Source: Sulfuricurvum sp.
Lineage (GTDB): Bacteria > Campylobacterota > Campylobacteria > Campylobacterales > Sulfurimonadaceae
Assembly (NCBI GenBank): GCA_036277435.1
Contig: DASUMY010000055.1
Span: forward strand, 1 to 37,399
Direction: 5' to 3'
Length of the DNA: 37,399 nt
Of this stretch, positions 8,606-16,962 are shown piece after piece. The translations under genes were made by a program, and so were the position numbers. The notes beneath the pieces are model-generated. The model was not told the DNA's origin, did not search any database, and saw only the letters and a list, made by a program, of their open reading frames with translations. The stretch's first letter is position 1. Every line of letters begins with the position of its first letter.

Positions 8606-9734
8606 ACATCTCTCTTGCGGCATAGATCTTTCAAAAGCATTAAAACACTTAGGTGTCGATGCAGGAGGCGTATCGATTCTTTCACAGAAGGGGAAAATGC
8701 ATCTGATCCGTATCGTTGATCTGCATGTGGGCGCTGCTAATATTTTGAAACAGGATGCTCTGAGTATCGGAGCAGATCTTGCCGTGCCCAAAGGGACAGT
8801 AACCGCGTCAATCCCAAAAGTAAATGCTCTATTGATTGCCAATGAACGTCAGCTTCGTGAACTCGTCAAAAAAGAGAAAGCTCAACCTTTCGGTCTCAAA
8901 GCATTGGCGGGTGAACTTGAACGTTTTTGCCATACGGAATTATCGTACGAGATCGATATAATGGGGATTATCAATGCCAATGATGACAGTTTTTATGCGC
9001 TGAGCCGCTTTAAACAGAGCGATGCCATCGCAAAAATCGAGAAGATGATTCAAGAGGGTGCCACTATTATTGATATCGGCGGCGTGTCAAGCCGGCCGGG
9101 AAGTATGGCAGTAAGCGCCGAAGAAGAGTTGGATCGGGTCCGTCCCATCATCGATGCCTTGTATGCAGAGCGTTTATGTGACCAAGTGCGTTTGAGCTTG
9201 GATAGTTATGAGCCTTCGGTGATAGCCTATGCGTTGGAAAAAGGGTTTTCCATCGTGAATGATATTACCGGACTAAGCAATGATGACGTGGCAAAACTAT
9301 GCGGGGAGTACAAGGCAACGGCGGTGATTATGCATATGCAAGGTACTCCACAATCAATGCAGCTTAAGCCGGCATATAATTCCGTAGTCCATGAAGTCGA
9401 AACATTTTTTCAAGAACGGCTCGAAAAAGCCGATAAATTTGGGATACAAGATATCATCCTGGACAGCGGGATAGGGTTTGGAAAACGTTTAGAGGATAAT
9501 TTGGCATTAATAACCCATCAGCGACATTTTTTACGTTTCGGAAAGCCGCTTCTGGTTGCTGCCAGCCGTAAATCGATGATTGATCAGATTGTACCGGCTT
9601 TATCGGAGGAGCGGCTCAGCGGCACCTTGGCTATCCATCTCAAGGCGATAGAAGAGGGTGCCCGTATCCTGAGGGTTCATGATGTCAAAGAACACGTCCA
9701 AGCGATTGCGGTGTGGAAAGCGTTGAGGGGCTAA
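8595..9734 (+). CDS. folP: Dihydropteroate synthase with N-terminal extension
   Basis: IMGIINANDDSF, DIGGVSSRPG, D.GIGFGK, SRKS, RVHDV; about 120-aa N-terminal domain (ANILKQDALSIGA, QPFGLK). Confidence 0.94.
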   Translation: MYIEHLSCGIDLSKALKHLGVDAGGVSILSQKGKMHLIRIVDLHVGAANILKQDALSIGADLAVPKGTVTASIPKVNALLIANERQLRELVKKEKAQPFGLKALAGELERFCHTELSYEIDIMGIINANDDSFYALSRFKQSDAIAKIEKMIQEGATIIDIGGVSSRPGSMAVSAEEELDRVRPIIDALYAERLCDQVRLSLDSYEPSVIAYALEKGFSIVNDITGLSNDDVAKLCGEYKATAVIMHMQGTPQSMQLKPAYNSVVHEVETFFQERLEKADKFGIQDIILDSGIGFGKRLEDNLALITHQRHFLRFGKPLLVAASRKSMIDQIVPALSEERLSGTLAIHLKAIEEGARILRVHDVKEHVQAIAVWKALRG

Positions 9735-9738
9735 CGAT

Positions 9739-10902
9739 ATGAGTAATAGCGTTGTTATTATCACTTTATCATTACTGATTATGCTCTCGCCGTTTTTGTC
9801 ACGTGTGAGTAAAATTCCTGTCGTGGTTGTCGAGATACTGCTTGGATGTGTTGCCGGATATTTTGGCTTTTTGGTCGAAAATGAGCTTTTTAAGATTATT
9901 GCTAAAGTCGGATTTTTATATTTGATGTTTTTGGCGGGAATGGAAGTGAATCTAAAAGAGTTCGGTTTTGCCAAATCCTCTTTATTGCGCCGTACGATCA
10001 TTTATTTTACGATGCTCTATGCGTGTTCTTTATCTCTCTTCTTTTATTTTGATTTGAGTGCGGTATATTTGGTGGCATTTCCCATTTTTTCACTGGGAAT
10101 GCTGATGGCATTGGTAAAAGAGTATGGAAAAAAAGAGCCCTGGCTGGCATTGGCACTGAATATCGGTATCATCGGAGAGTTGGTTAGTATTCTGGCGTTA
10201 ACGATTTTAAGTGGCGGACTGGAGTATGGATATAATCGAGAATTTGCCATTACGTTAGGGGGATTATTTGCATTTTTGGTTGGATTTGTCCTCTTTTTTC
10301 GAGGAATCCGTATTTTGTTTTGGTGGTATCCCGGACTTAAAACGCTTATAATGCCTCATGATGATGGAAAAGATCAGGATGTGCGTTTTTCGATGGCGCT
10401 GATGTTTATCTTGGTAGCAGGAATGCTCTATCTTAAAATCGATGTCGTGCTGGGGGCTTTCTTGGCCGGGACGTTCATCGCGACGTATTTTAAACATAAA
10501 ACTGAGCTTCCTGAAAAATTATCATCGTTTGGATTCGGGTTTTTGGTTCCGATCTTTTTTATCCATGTCGGTTCTACGTTAGCGCTTGAAGCGTTTACCG
10601 ATCCCAAAATTTTGGAATTGGCATTGTTTATCGCCGGTGCGGTTATCGGTATACGAATGATAAGCTCTTTTGTAGCGTACAGCGGTTATTTAGGAGCAAA
10701 GAATACCATTCTTTTTTCCCTTAGCGACTCAATGCCGTTAACGTTTACCGTTGCTATTGCAACGTTGGGATATGAAGCGCAGGCGATTAGTCATGATGAG
10801 TATTATGCGTTCATTGTCGCCAGTATGGGAAGCGGAATTTTTTTAATGATATTGATTAAAATTATTTATTCATTTTTCTATCCAAAGACGCTAAAAGAAT
10901 AA
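9739..10902 (+). CDS. Cation:proton antiporter (CPA2 family)
   Basis: About 12 hydrophobic segments; FLAGMEV, LGAFLAG, GFLVPIFFIHVG. Confidence 0.88.
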   Translation: MSNSVVIITLSLLIMLSPFLSRVSKIPVVVVEILLGCVAGYFGFLVENELFKIIAKVGFLYLMFLAGMEVNLKEFGFAKSSLLRRTIIYFTMLYACSLSLFFYFDLSAVYLVAFPIFSLGMLMALVKEYGKKEPWLALALNIGIIGELVSILALTILSGGLEYGYNREFAITLGGLFAFLVGFVLFFRGIRILFWWYPGLKTLIMPHDDGKDQDVRFSMALMFILVAGMLYLKIDVVLGAFLAGTFIATYFKHKTELPEKLSSFGFGFLVPIFFIHVGSTLALEAFTDPKILELALFIAGAVIGIRMISSFVAYSGYLGAKNTILFSLSDSMPLTFTVAIATLGYEAQAISHDEYYAFIVASMGSGIFLMILIKIIYSFFYPKTLKE

Positions 10903-10997
10903 CAATTTTCAGTGAAAAAAAGGTACAATTAATAAATAACTGAAAAATTATTTTGAATATAAATGGATTGTAAATACCGTAAGGAGAAGGAGTTTCT

Positions 10998-11768
10998 GTG
11001 GATTTAACGGTAATATTGGGAATAATAGGTGCGATCGCGGCGATTTCAACAGGTGATATTTTAGATGGGGGTAATCCTCTCCATATTATTCACCTGGCAT
11101 CGCTTATCGTTATTTTCCCTACAGCAATGGCCGCTGCCGCAGTCGCTACTGATGGAGAATTTGTTAGCGGTGCCTTTAAAAACTTAGGGATGGTTTTTAA
11201 AAAATCTCCGGTTAATTTAGAAGAACGGATCAAAGAGATCGTTGAACTGGCGCTTATGGCACGCCGTGATGGACTCCTTTCACTCGAAAAAAAAGTTTCG
11301 GAACTTGATAACGAGTTTTTGAAACAGGGGCTTAGTATGGCGGTCGATGGAAATGAAATCGATACGATCCAAGAGACCCTTGAAGCGGTGATTGAAGAGA
11401 CAGAACATTATTGGCATGGATGCGGACACTATTGGATTCTTGCAGGTGAAACTTCTCCGGTTATGGGGTTGATCGGAGCCGTTTTGGGTCTGATTTTAGC
11501 GCTTCAGAAACTCGACAACCCCGCAGAGATGGCGGCTGGTATCGCGGGTGCGTTTACTGCAACGGTTACCGGAATTTTTTCCTCATACGTTCTTTTGGGA
11601 CCATGGGGAAGAAAGATGATTGCGAAATCGCATCATATCGTCAAGGAACAAAAGGTTATGCTGCAGGGAATTATCGGTATTGTTCATGGCGATAATCCGC
11701 GTACTCTTGAAGCAAAACTCCTTAACTATCTCTCCCCATCGGAAGAGAAACACAGTCAGTTTAATTGA
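10998..11768 (+). CDS. motA: Flagellar motor stator protein MotA
   Basis: ARRDGLLSLE, P.MGLIGAVLGLI, AFTATVTG; GTG start after AGGAG. Confidence 0.94.
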   Translation: MDLTVILGIIGAIAAISTGDILDGGNPLHIIHLASLIVIFPTAMAAAAVATDGEFVSGAFKNLGMVFKKSPVNLEERIKEIVELALMARRDGLLSLEKKVSELDNEFLKQGLSMAVDGNEIDTIQETLEAVIEETEHYWHGCGHYWILAGETSPVMGLIGAVLGLILALQKLDNPAEMAAGIAGAFTATVTGIFSSYVLLGPWGRKMIAKSHHIVKEQKVMLQGIIGIVHGDNPRTLEAKLLNYLSPSEEKHSQFN

Positions 11769-11779
11769 TGAGCGTATAA

Positions 11780-12619
11780 ATGGGTAAAAAACATAAGTGT
11801 AAGAAGTGCCCCGAATGTGAAGCAGGAGAAAAATGGGCAGTTCCGACTGCCGACTTTTTCAGTCTTTTATTGGCGCTCTTTATTGCTCTTTATGCTCTTG
11901 CGTCGGTGAATAAAGAAAAAGTCCGTGCATTAAAAGAAGAGTTCGTCAAGATTTACGATTATGCTCCGGTGCCTGAAGAAATGTCTCCGGTCGTCCCCAT
12001 GAATTCGGAACAGACAGATAAGACAGAGAAATCGAGCATGGGGCAAATGCCGATTTCACAAGGCGGGGCAATATTGGAAAGTACTCCCGTATCGAGCGAA
12101 AGTCAAAGTGAATCAAGCACGTCCCAGGATGAGCAGATGCAAAATGTCTCTGTGGGAGAAGGGGCATTGGACCAGAGCATGGACGGCGTATTGTTGAAGC
12201 TTCCTGCTACGATCCCTTTTAGAGGATCAAATGCTACGATCGACGATGAAGAGATACATCTTTTTATTAAACGTGTTGCCGATATTATCAAAACACTTCC
12301 TCCTACGGTCGATATCTCCGTACGCGGCTATACTGATAACCAAGTACTTCCCAGAGGGAGCCAGTATCGAGATAATTTGGAACTTTCAAGTGCGCGTGCA
12401 GCAACGGTAGTACGCGAACTGATCCGAAACGGCGTAAGTGCTGAACGTATTTCCAGTGCCGGATTTGGCGCGGCTAAGCCGTTGGCATCGAATGGCAGCG
12501 AAGCCAACCGTGCTAAAAACAGACGGGTTGAATTTTATATGTTTGTTTCCAATGATAAAAAAATGGATCAGCAGCAACAAAAAAGTATTTTGGATTCGTT
12601 AGCGAAACTTCCTCAATAA
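11780..12619 (+). CDS. motB: Flagellar motor stator protein MotB
   Basis: WAVPTADFFSLLLALFIAL (conserved Asp); OmpA-like domain GYTD, NLELSSARA, NRRVE. Confidence 0.94.
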   Translation: MGKKHKCKKCPECEAGEKWAVPTADFFSLLLALFIALYALASVNKEKVRALKEEFVKIYDYAPVPEEMSPVVPMNSEQTDKTEKSSMGQMPISQGGAILESTPVSSESQSESSTSQDEQMQNVSVGEGALDQSMDGVLLKLPATIPFRGSNATIDDEEIHLFIKRVADIIKTLPPTVDISVRGYTDNQVLPRGSQYRDNLELSSARAATVVRELIRNGVSAERISSAGFGAAKPLASNGSEANRAKNRRVEFYMFVSNDKKMDQQQQKSILDSLAKLPQ

Positions 12620-12640
12620 ACGTAAAGAGGAAGTCTTTTT

Positions 12641-13171
12641 TTATTGAAGAACGGTTGCTTTGAGAATCTTTTGTGTTTGAAGCGGTCTGTCACCACTTGC
12701 TTGACCTGATGTTGGAACGTTATTTAATTTTTGAATAACGTCCATTCCTCCTATGACTCTTCCAAAAATCGTATGACAGCCGTTTAGCCATGGTGTGGGT
12801 GCGGTCGTAATGAAAAATTGGCTGCCGTTGGTGCGAGGTCCTGCGTTTGCCATAGCCAGTATTCCCGCTTTGTTAAATACGACGCCTGATTTAAACTCAT
12901 CCTTAAATGGTTTTTTCCAAATTGACTCTCCCCCTGCACCTGTACCGGTAGGGTCTCCGCCTTGTATCATAAAGTTTTTAATGATGCGATGAAACGTGAG
13001 GCCATTGTAATAGCCATTTTTCGTATGTGTCGTAAAATTTTCAACGGCTAAGGGGGCAATATCCTCATACAGTTCAAGAATAATTTCCCCTTGTGTTGTT
13101 TGCAAGGCGACACGTGGATGGGCTGCAAAAGCCATACTGGAAACAAGCAGTAACGGTAGTAAAAAACGCAT
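12641..13171 (-). CDS. Exported cyclophilin-type peptidyl-prolyl isomerase
   Basis: Signal peptide (AFA), FHRIIKNFMIQGGDPTGTG, MANAGPRTNGSQFFIT. Confidence 0.95.
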   Translation of the reverse strand: MRFLLPLLLVSSMAFAAHPRVALQTTQGEIILELYEDIAPLAVENFTTHTKNGYYNGLTFHRIIKNFMIQGGDPTGTGAGGESIWKKPFKDEFKSGVVFNKAGILAMANAGPRTNGSQFFITTAPTPWLNGCHTIFGRVIGGMDVIQKLNNVPTSGQASGDRPLQTQKILKATVLQ

Positions 13172-13575
13172 TAGGACTCCTGTGATCGTGGTTTAAAGTT
13201 GAGGCAGACTGAATTGATACAATAGCGTAAACCGGTTGTAGCCGGCCCATCCGGGAAGACATGCCCCAAATGGGCATCACAGGCGGCACACAGCACTTCT
13301 ACTCGGATCATCCCATGGGTTATGTCCCGTTTCTCTATAAGAGCATCTGGCGTAACGGGGCTGTCATAACTTGGCCATCCGGTCCCTGAATCAAATTTTG
13401 AACGGGAATCAAAAAGAGGGGCGCCGCAGCAGACGCATACATAGGTGCCATCTTCTTTGCTTTTTGCATATTCACCGCTAAAGGGGGGTTCCGTTCCGTG
13501 TTGACGTGCGACATAGTAAGCTTCGGGAGACAGTTGCTGTTGCCATTCGCTATCACTTTTGATAATTTTCTTCAT
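13171..13575 (-). CDS. msrB: Peptide-methionine (R)-S-oxide reductase MsrB
   Basis: [32 protein letters not shown]; Zn-binding CxxC pairs. Confidence 0.96.
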   Translation of the reverse strand: MKKIIKSDSEWQQQLSPEAYYVARQHGTEPPFSGEYAKSKEDGTYVCVCCGAPLFDSRSKFDSGTGWPSYDSPVTPDALIEKRDITHGMIRVEVLCAACDAHLGHVFPDGPATTGLRYCINSVCLNFKPRSQES

Positions 13576-15045
13576 TTACCCCTCCAAAATAGATTCGGAG
13601 ATTATAGTGACCGTTTCTGACGCTCGGCTTAACGAGAGGGAATAGAGTGGATCTTCAGGATTTAGATTGATCAGATAGCTGTGAGGTACGTTTAAACCGC
13701 TAATATGCTGCGGTGTGGAGAGGGTAATCTCATCCAAGTTTTCATATTGCAAACTATAGGTCGTATTTAAGAAGCGGCACTTAACGTGCAGGTGGGTTTC
13801 GATGGCTTTTTGATACTCCGTTACAGCATCATGGGTAGGGAGAATAATCATGATACGATTGCTGGAGGTCGTTTCCAGGTGTTTCTTTAGTCCTGATAAT
13901 AAGGTAAAAACAGCCCCCTTCGTATGGGCAAAATGAATGGTATTCATCGTTGGACAGCGATAAGGGGCATTGAGGGAATAAGAGGCTTCTTTATTATCGT
14001 GATCGCTTAAATCGACACCGCACCATAAAAATGACTTGGAATCTTTGTACGTTGTTACGGTTTCAATCATCTTTACAGGGAGCAAATGGGCATCATCGAA
14101 AGCAACAAGAGAAGCCTCTTTAAAAATACGGGTCGTTTCTAAAGGTTCATTGTCAAGGGAGGGGGTATAAAAAGACAGCGATGTCAGATTGCATTTTACA
14201 GCAGCAAATTCCATGATGGAAACAAACTCATTGCGCAGCAATTCTCCGCTTATCAGTGTGGGGGTAACGATGAGTACCGTTGCATGAGGATAATGGAGCA
14301 TGTAATCGATGATTTTTCGGATTAATACCGTGCTCTTGCCGCTGCCATAATCTCCGCTAAGGGTAAGAACCGTATTTTTAGCCAAAGGGGCATCTAAAAA
14401 GATTTGCTGTTCGGTTGAGAGAAACATCCCAAAAGGAGTGGATGCATCGGGGAGCAAAAGGGTATGGGCTTTGAGCGAACCGATGACTTTTAGGTTAGAG
14501 AAGGGGAGCCCTTGATGTTCGCGTAACGCATATAATTTGGCCTCTATCTCTGCAGCGCTGTCATCATGAAAGAGTAACCGTTCTTTGGGCAAAAGTTCGT
14601 GAAAGGAGCTGTCGAGGGATTCAAATTCTACTTGGGAGAGATTTTCCATCCACATAATACGTTCTATAGGCGTTGAGTCAAAAGATAAGACATCTTCTAG
14701 TTTACGGCAAATGGCGTGTTCCGTTGATTCAATCTGTGTTGATGAAGCTTTTTTGCTTTGGCGGGTAAAGCGCTCGATCTTTGCACCTTGGAGCTCTTCC
14801 GCTTTCCATAAAATTTTTTCTCCTACATAAAGGCCACGATGAGGCAGAAAAATTAAAAGATCGACCGTGCGTGTATTTTCGTGGTGAAAAAGAGTGAAGT
14901 CCTGCAAAACGACTCCATCCTCTTGGAGAATAAAATGATTCAATGCGGTACGCTGCTTGGATACGAATACTTTATTTATATCTTCGGAGGAGCTCATAAT
15001 AGTTTTTTTGAATGGCATGAGGCTTGAGAAGAAAGAAGACAGCAC
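13576..15045 (-). CDS. NERD-like nuclease domain fused to a degenerate superfamily-1 helicase-like ATPase
   Basis: N-terminal VDLLIFLPHRGLYVGEK; LSTEQ Q-motif; Walker A GDYGSGKS; VAFDDAH Walker B-like; YRC; C-terminal LSRA motif-VI-like. GTG start after GAGG. Confidence 0.6.
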   Translation of the reverse strand: MLSSFFSSLMPFKKTIMSSSEDINKVFVSKQRTALNHFILQEDGVVLQDFTLFHHENTRTVDLLIFLPHRGLYVGEKILWKAEELQGAKIERFTRQSKKASSTQIESTEHAICRKLEDVLSFDSTPIERIMWMENLSQVEFESLDSSFHELLPKERLLFHDDSAAEIEAKLYALREHQGLPFSNLKVIGSLKAHTLLLPDASTPFGMFLSTEQQIFLDAPLAKNTVLTLSGDYGSGKSTVLIRKIIDYMLHYPHATVLIVTPTLISGELLRNEFVSIMEFAAVKCNLTSLSFYTPSLDNEPLETTRIFKEASLVAFDDAHLLPVKMIETVTTYKDSKSFLWCGVDLSDHDNKEASYSLNAPYRCPTMNTIHFAHTKGAVFTLLSGLKKHLETTSSNRIMIILPTHDAVTEYQKAIETHLHVKCRFLNTTYSLQYENLDEITLSTPQHISGLNVPHSYLINLNPEDPLYSLSLSRASETVTIISESILEG

Positions 15046-15122
15046 AAAAAACCTCTTAATCTGACAATGAATAATTATAACCTATATTACAGAAGAATAA
15101 AGAGAGGAATAAGATTTAAAAT

Positions 15123-15140
15123 CCGAGGAAAAATCCTCGG
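15123..15140 (-). terminator. Intrinsic terminator of hup
   Basis: CCGAGGA-AAAA-TCCTCGG stem followed by ATTTT on the minus strand, about 15 nt after the HU stop. Confidence 0.7.
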
Positions 15141-15154
15141 CATTGCGAAGGTGA

Positions 15155-15439
15155 TTATTTCGCAGCAGCAACGCTGTCTTTAAGACTTTTGCCCGGTTTG
15201 AATTTAGGGACCATTTTATCTGCAGTGCTATATGTTTTGCTTGTACCAGGTACAGTACCGCTTTTACCTTTTTGAAGTGATGCTGCAAAACTTCCAAAAC
15301 CTACCAATGAAACTTCTTCTTTAGAAACAAGAGCTGATGTTACAGCTTCTGTAAACGCTTTAATAGCTGTTTCAGCTTCAACTTTAGTTTTGTAACCGCC
15401 GCTTTTTTGTACCAATTCTACGAACTGAGCTTTGTTCAT
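15155..15439 (-). CDS. hup: Nucleoid-associated protein HU
   Basis: MNKAQFV, V.LVGFGSF, G.VPGT arm, VPKFKPGKSLKD.V. Confidence 0.95.
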   Translation of the reverse strand: MNKAQFVELVQKSGGYKTKVEAETAIKAFTEAVTSALVSKEEVSLVGFGSFAASLQKGKSGTVPGTSKTYSTADKMVPKFKPGKSLKDSVAAAK

Positions 15440-15465
15440 TTATTACCTTTAAGTTAGATAGATGA

Positions 15466-15525
15466 TATTCGCTTGAAGCTCCCAATCCACGAGGAATGGA
15501 AGGATAAGCAATTCAAACGCGAATA
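15466..15525 (-). other. Long bulged stem-loop upstream of hup (putative structured 5' leader)
   Basis: Nested pairings TATTCGC/GCGAATA, TTGAA/TTCAA, GCT/AGC, TCCA/TGGA. Confidence 0.55.
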
Positions 15526-15554
15526 CTTTAATATCTCTTAGCTTAATTTTTTCT

Positions 15555-15788
15555 TCATTTTTCTATTTTTTGACAATTCTTTTGAAAAATGATGGTTTTT
15601 AGCGTGTTTTTGACGCTTAGATGGAGCGGAAATGCGGGTATAAGGGTTTTAAACGCTTCTTTCCCGTGTAAGATTACATAGCTGTGCCCCTGGGATATTT
15701 TCCATTTCAGGAACGAGGGACGTGTCGAAGTAATGGATAAAAAAACATCGTCTAATCCGTTACGTTCTTGTTCGCTTAAACCATTCAT
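15555..15788 (-). CDS. Small hypothetical protein (77 aa)
   Basis: Start overlaps the stop of the HTH gene (ATGA at 15785-15788); fills the gap to hup; no recognised domain. Confidence 0.55.
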   Translation of the reverse strand: MNGLSEQERNGLDDVFLSITSTRPSFLKWKISQGHSYVILHGKEAFKTLIPAFPLHLSVKNTLKTIIFQKNCQKIEK

Positions 15789-16030
15789 TGCCCACTCCCC
15801 AATCTATTTATTTTTCGAACAACGCGAATGATCTCATCATCTTCCAACATTCCAAGCATGTCTAAAACGGCTTTTGCCGCTTGAGGTTTCGCGTTCCCTA
15901 ATCGCCAATCTTGGTAGGAGCGCATAGAGATTCCCAATTTTTTTGCCATCTCTTTCTGGGAAATCTTTTTTCCGTTGTATTGCGCTTCTACAGCATTGTG
16001 AAGAAGATTAAAAAGATCATTCATTTCCAT
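15785..16030 (-). CDS. XRE/Cro-like helix-turn-helix DNA-binding protein
   Basis: ISQKEMAKKLGISMRSYQDWRLGNAKP is a typical XRE HTH. Confidence 0.85.
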   Translation of the reverse strand: MEMNDLFNLLHNAVEAQYNGKKISQKEMAKKLGISMRSYQDWRLGNAKPQAAKAVLDMLGMLEDDEIIRVVRKINRLGSGQ

Positions 16031-16065
16031 TGTCTCATTGTATTGCTAATTTCTTAAATTAAACA

Positions 16066-16196
16066 TTAAACTGTATATTTGAAGTCTATTTGGTATTTAA
16101 AATACTTTTAAATACTTTTTATATACATTTAAATATCGTCAATATCATTTTTATATTTATTAAAATAAGTTTTAAAATATATTTTATACAGTTTAA
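16066..16196. repeat. 12-bp perfect inverted repeat flanking a very AT-rich spacer with internal repeats
   Basis: TTAAACTGTATA 16066-16077 / TATACAGTTTAA 16185-16196; tandem AAATACTTTT at 16100 and 16110. Confidence 0.7.
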
Positions 16197-16296
16197 CGTA
16201 TATTTTTAAGTCTTGATTCGCTTAGATAGGTAAAGTAAAATTTTTTATGATGCTGTATATAGGTTTGAAATGGGAGGTTAATAGCCTCGAGAGAGA

Positions 16297-16962
16297 CTAG
16301 AGGAGATCTGTGTAGTCGAATTTAGAAAGGTCGACGTAAAATTCCCCTTCTTTTTGGATAATGCGTACATCACTTCCGTATCGTTCTGCAAAACGGCGGC
16401 GGACGGCTTTGCGCTCTTCGCTTCCAATGCCGATAAATTTGAGATACCGTTTGAGTTCGATTACTCCTGTTGAGCCCATGGAAATTGCATTTGGTTGGGT
16501 GACATCAACATCATGAACGGTATTTTGATGGGAGAGCTTTAATTTGCTGCTGAGAACTTCCAAAATATTTTTGAGTTGTTCATCTTTGGTGTTATATATT
16601 TCTTCAATGCGTTGCCGTTCGGCGATCAGCATCTGTTCTTTATCATTGACGAGACGGTCTATTTTTCCTTCCAGTTCTTTGATTTTGAGTTTAAGATGCT
16701 GATTCTCTTTCTGATATAAGGAGATGATCATACCGACGCTGGTTTTGGACGATGTTGTATTTGATACGCTTCCAGGAGAAGATACTTTTGTAGATTCGAG
16801 AATTTCCCGTTGTTTATCTTCGGAGAGTGAACTGCGGGGGACAATAATATAGGTGATCCCCCCCTCGATAATATAATTAAGCCGTTTGGTACGAATTTTA
16901 TTTTGAATCATCTCTTTCGACATTTTGAATGTTTTAGCGTATTCATCGATGTTAAATCGCAC
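16297..16962 (-). CDS. Putative DNA-binding coiled-coil protein (DUF3972-like)
   Basis: N-terminal excisionase/MerR-like HTH (IDEYAKTFKMSKEMIQNKIR), S/T linker, long coiled coil (ENQHLKLKIKELEGKI...KDEQLK). Confidence 0.6.
   Translation of the reverse strand: MRFNIDEYAKTFKMSKEMIQNKIRTKRLNYIIEGGITYIIVPRSSLSEDKQREILESTKVSSPGSVSNTTSSKTSVGMIISLYQKENQHLKLKIKELEGKIDRLVNDKEQMLIAERQRIEEIYNTKDEQLKNILEVLSSKLKLSHQNTVHDVDVTQPNAISMGSTGVIELKRYLKFIGIGSEERKAVRRRFAERYGSDVRIIQKEGEFYVDLSKFDYTDLL

Noticed and set aside
15082-15297. 71-aa ORF overlapping hup
   Set aside because: Alternate frame of hup that runs through its terminator.
16031-16296. AT-rich spacer as oriC, dif or an SOS box
   Set aside because: No DnaA boxes or dnaA nearby; no convincing difH match; CTGTATAT occurs only as separated half-sites, not CTGT-N8-ACAG.
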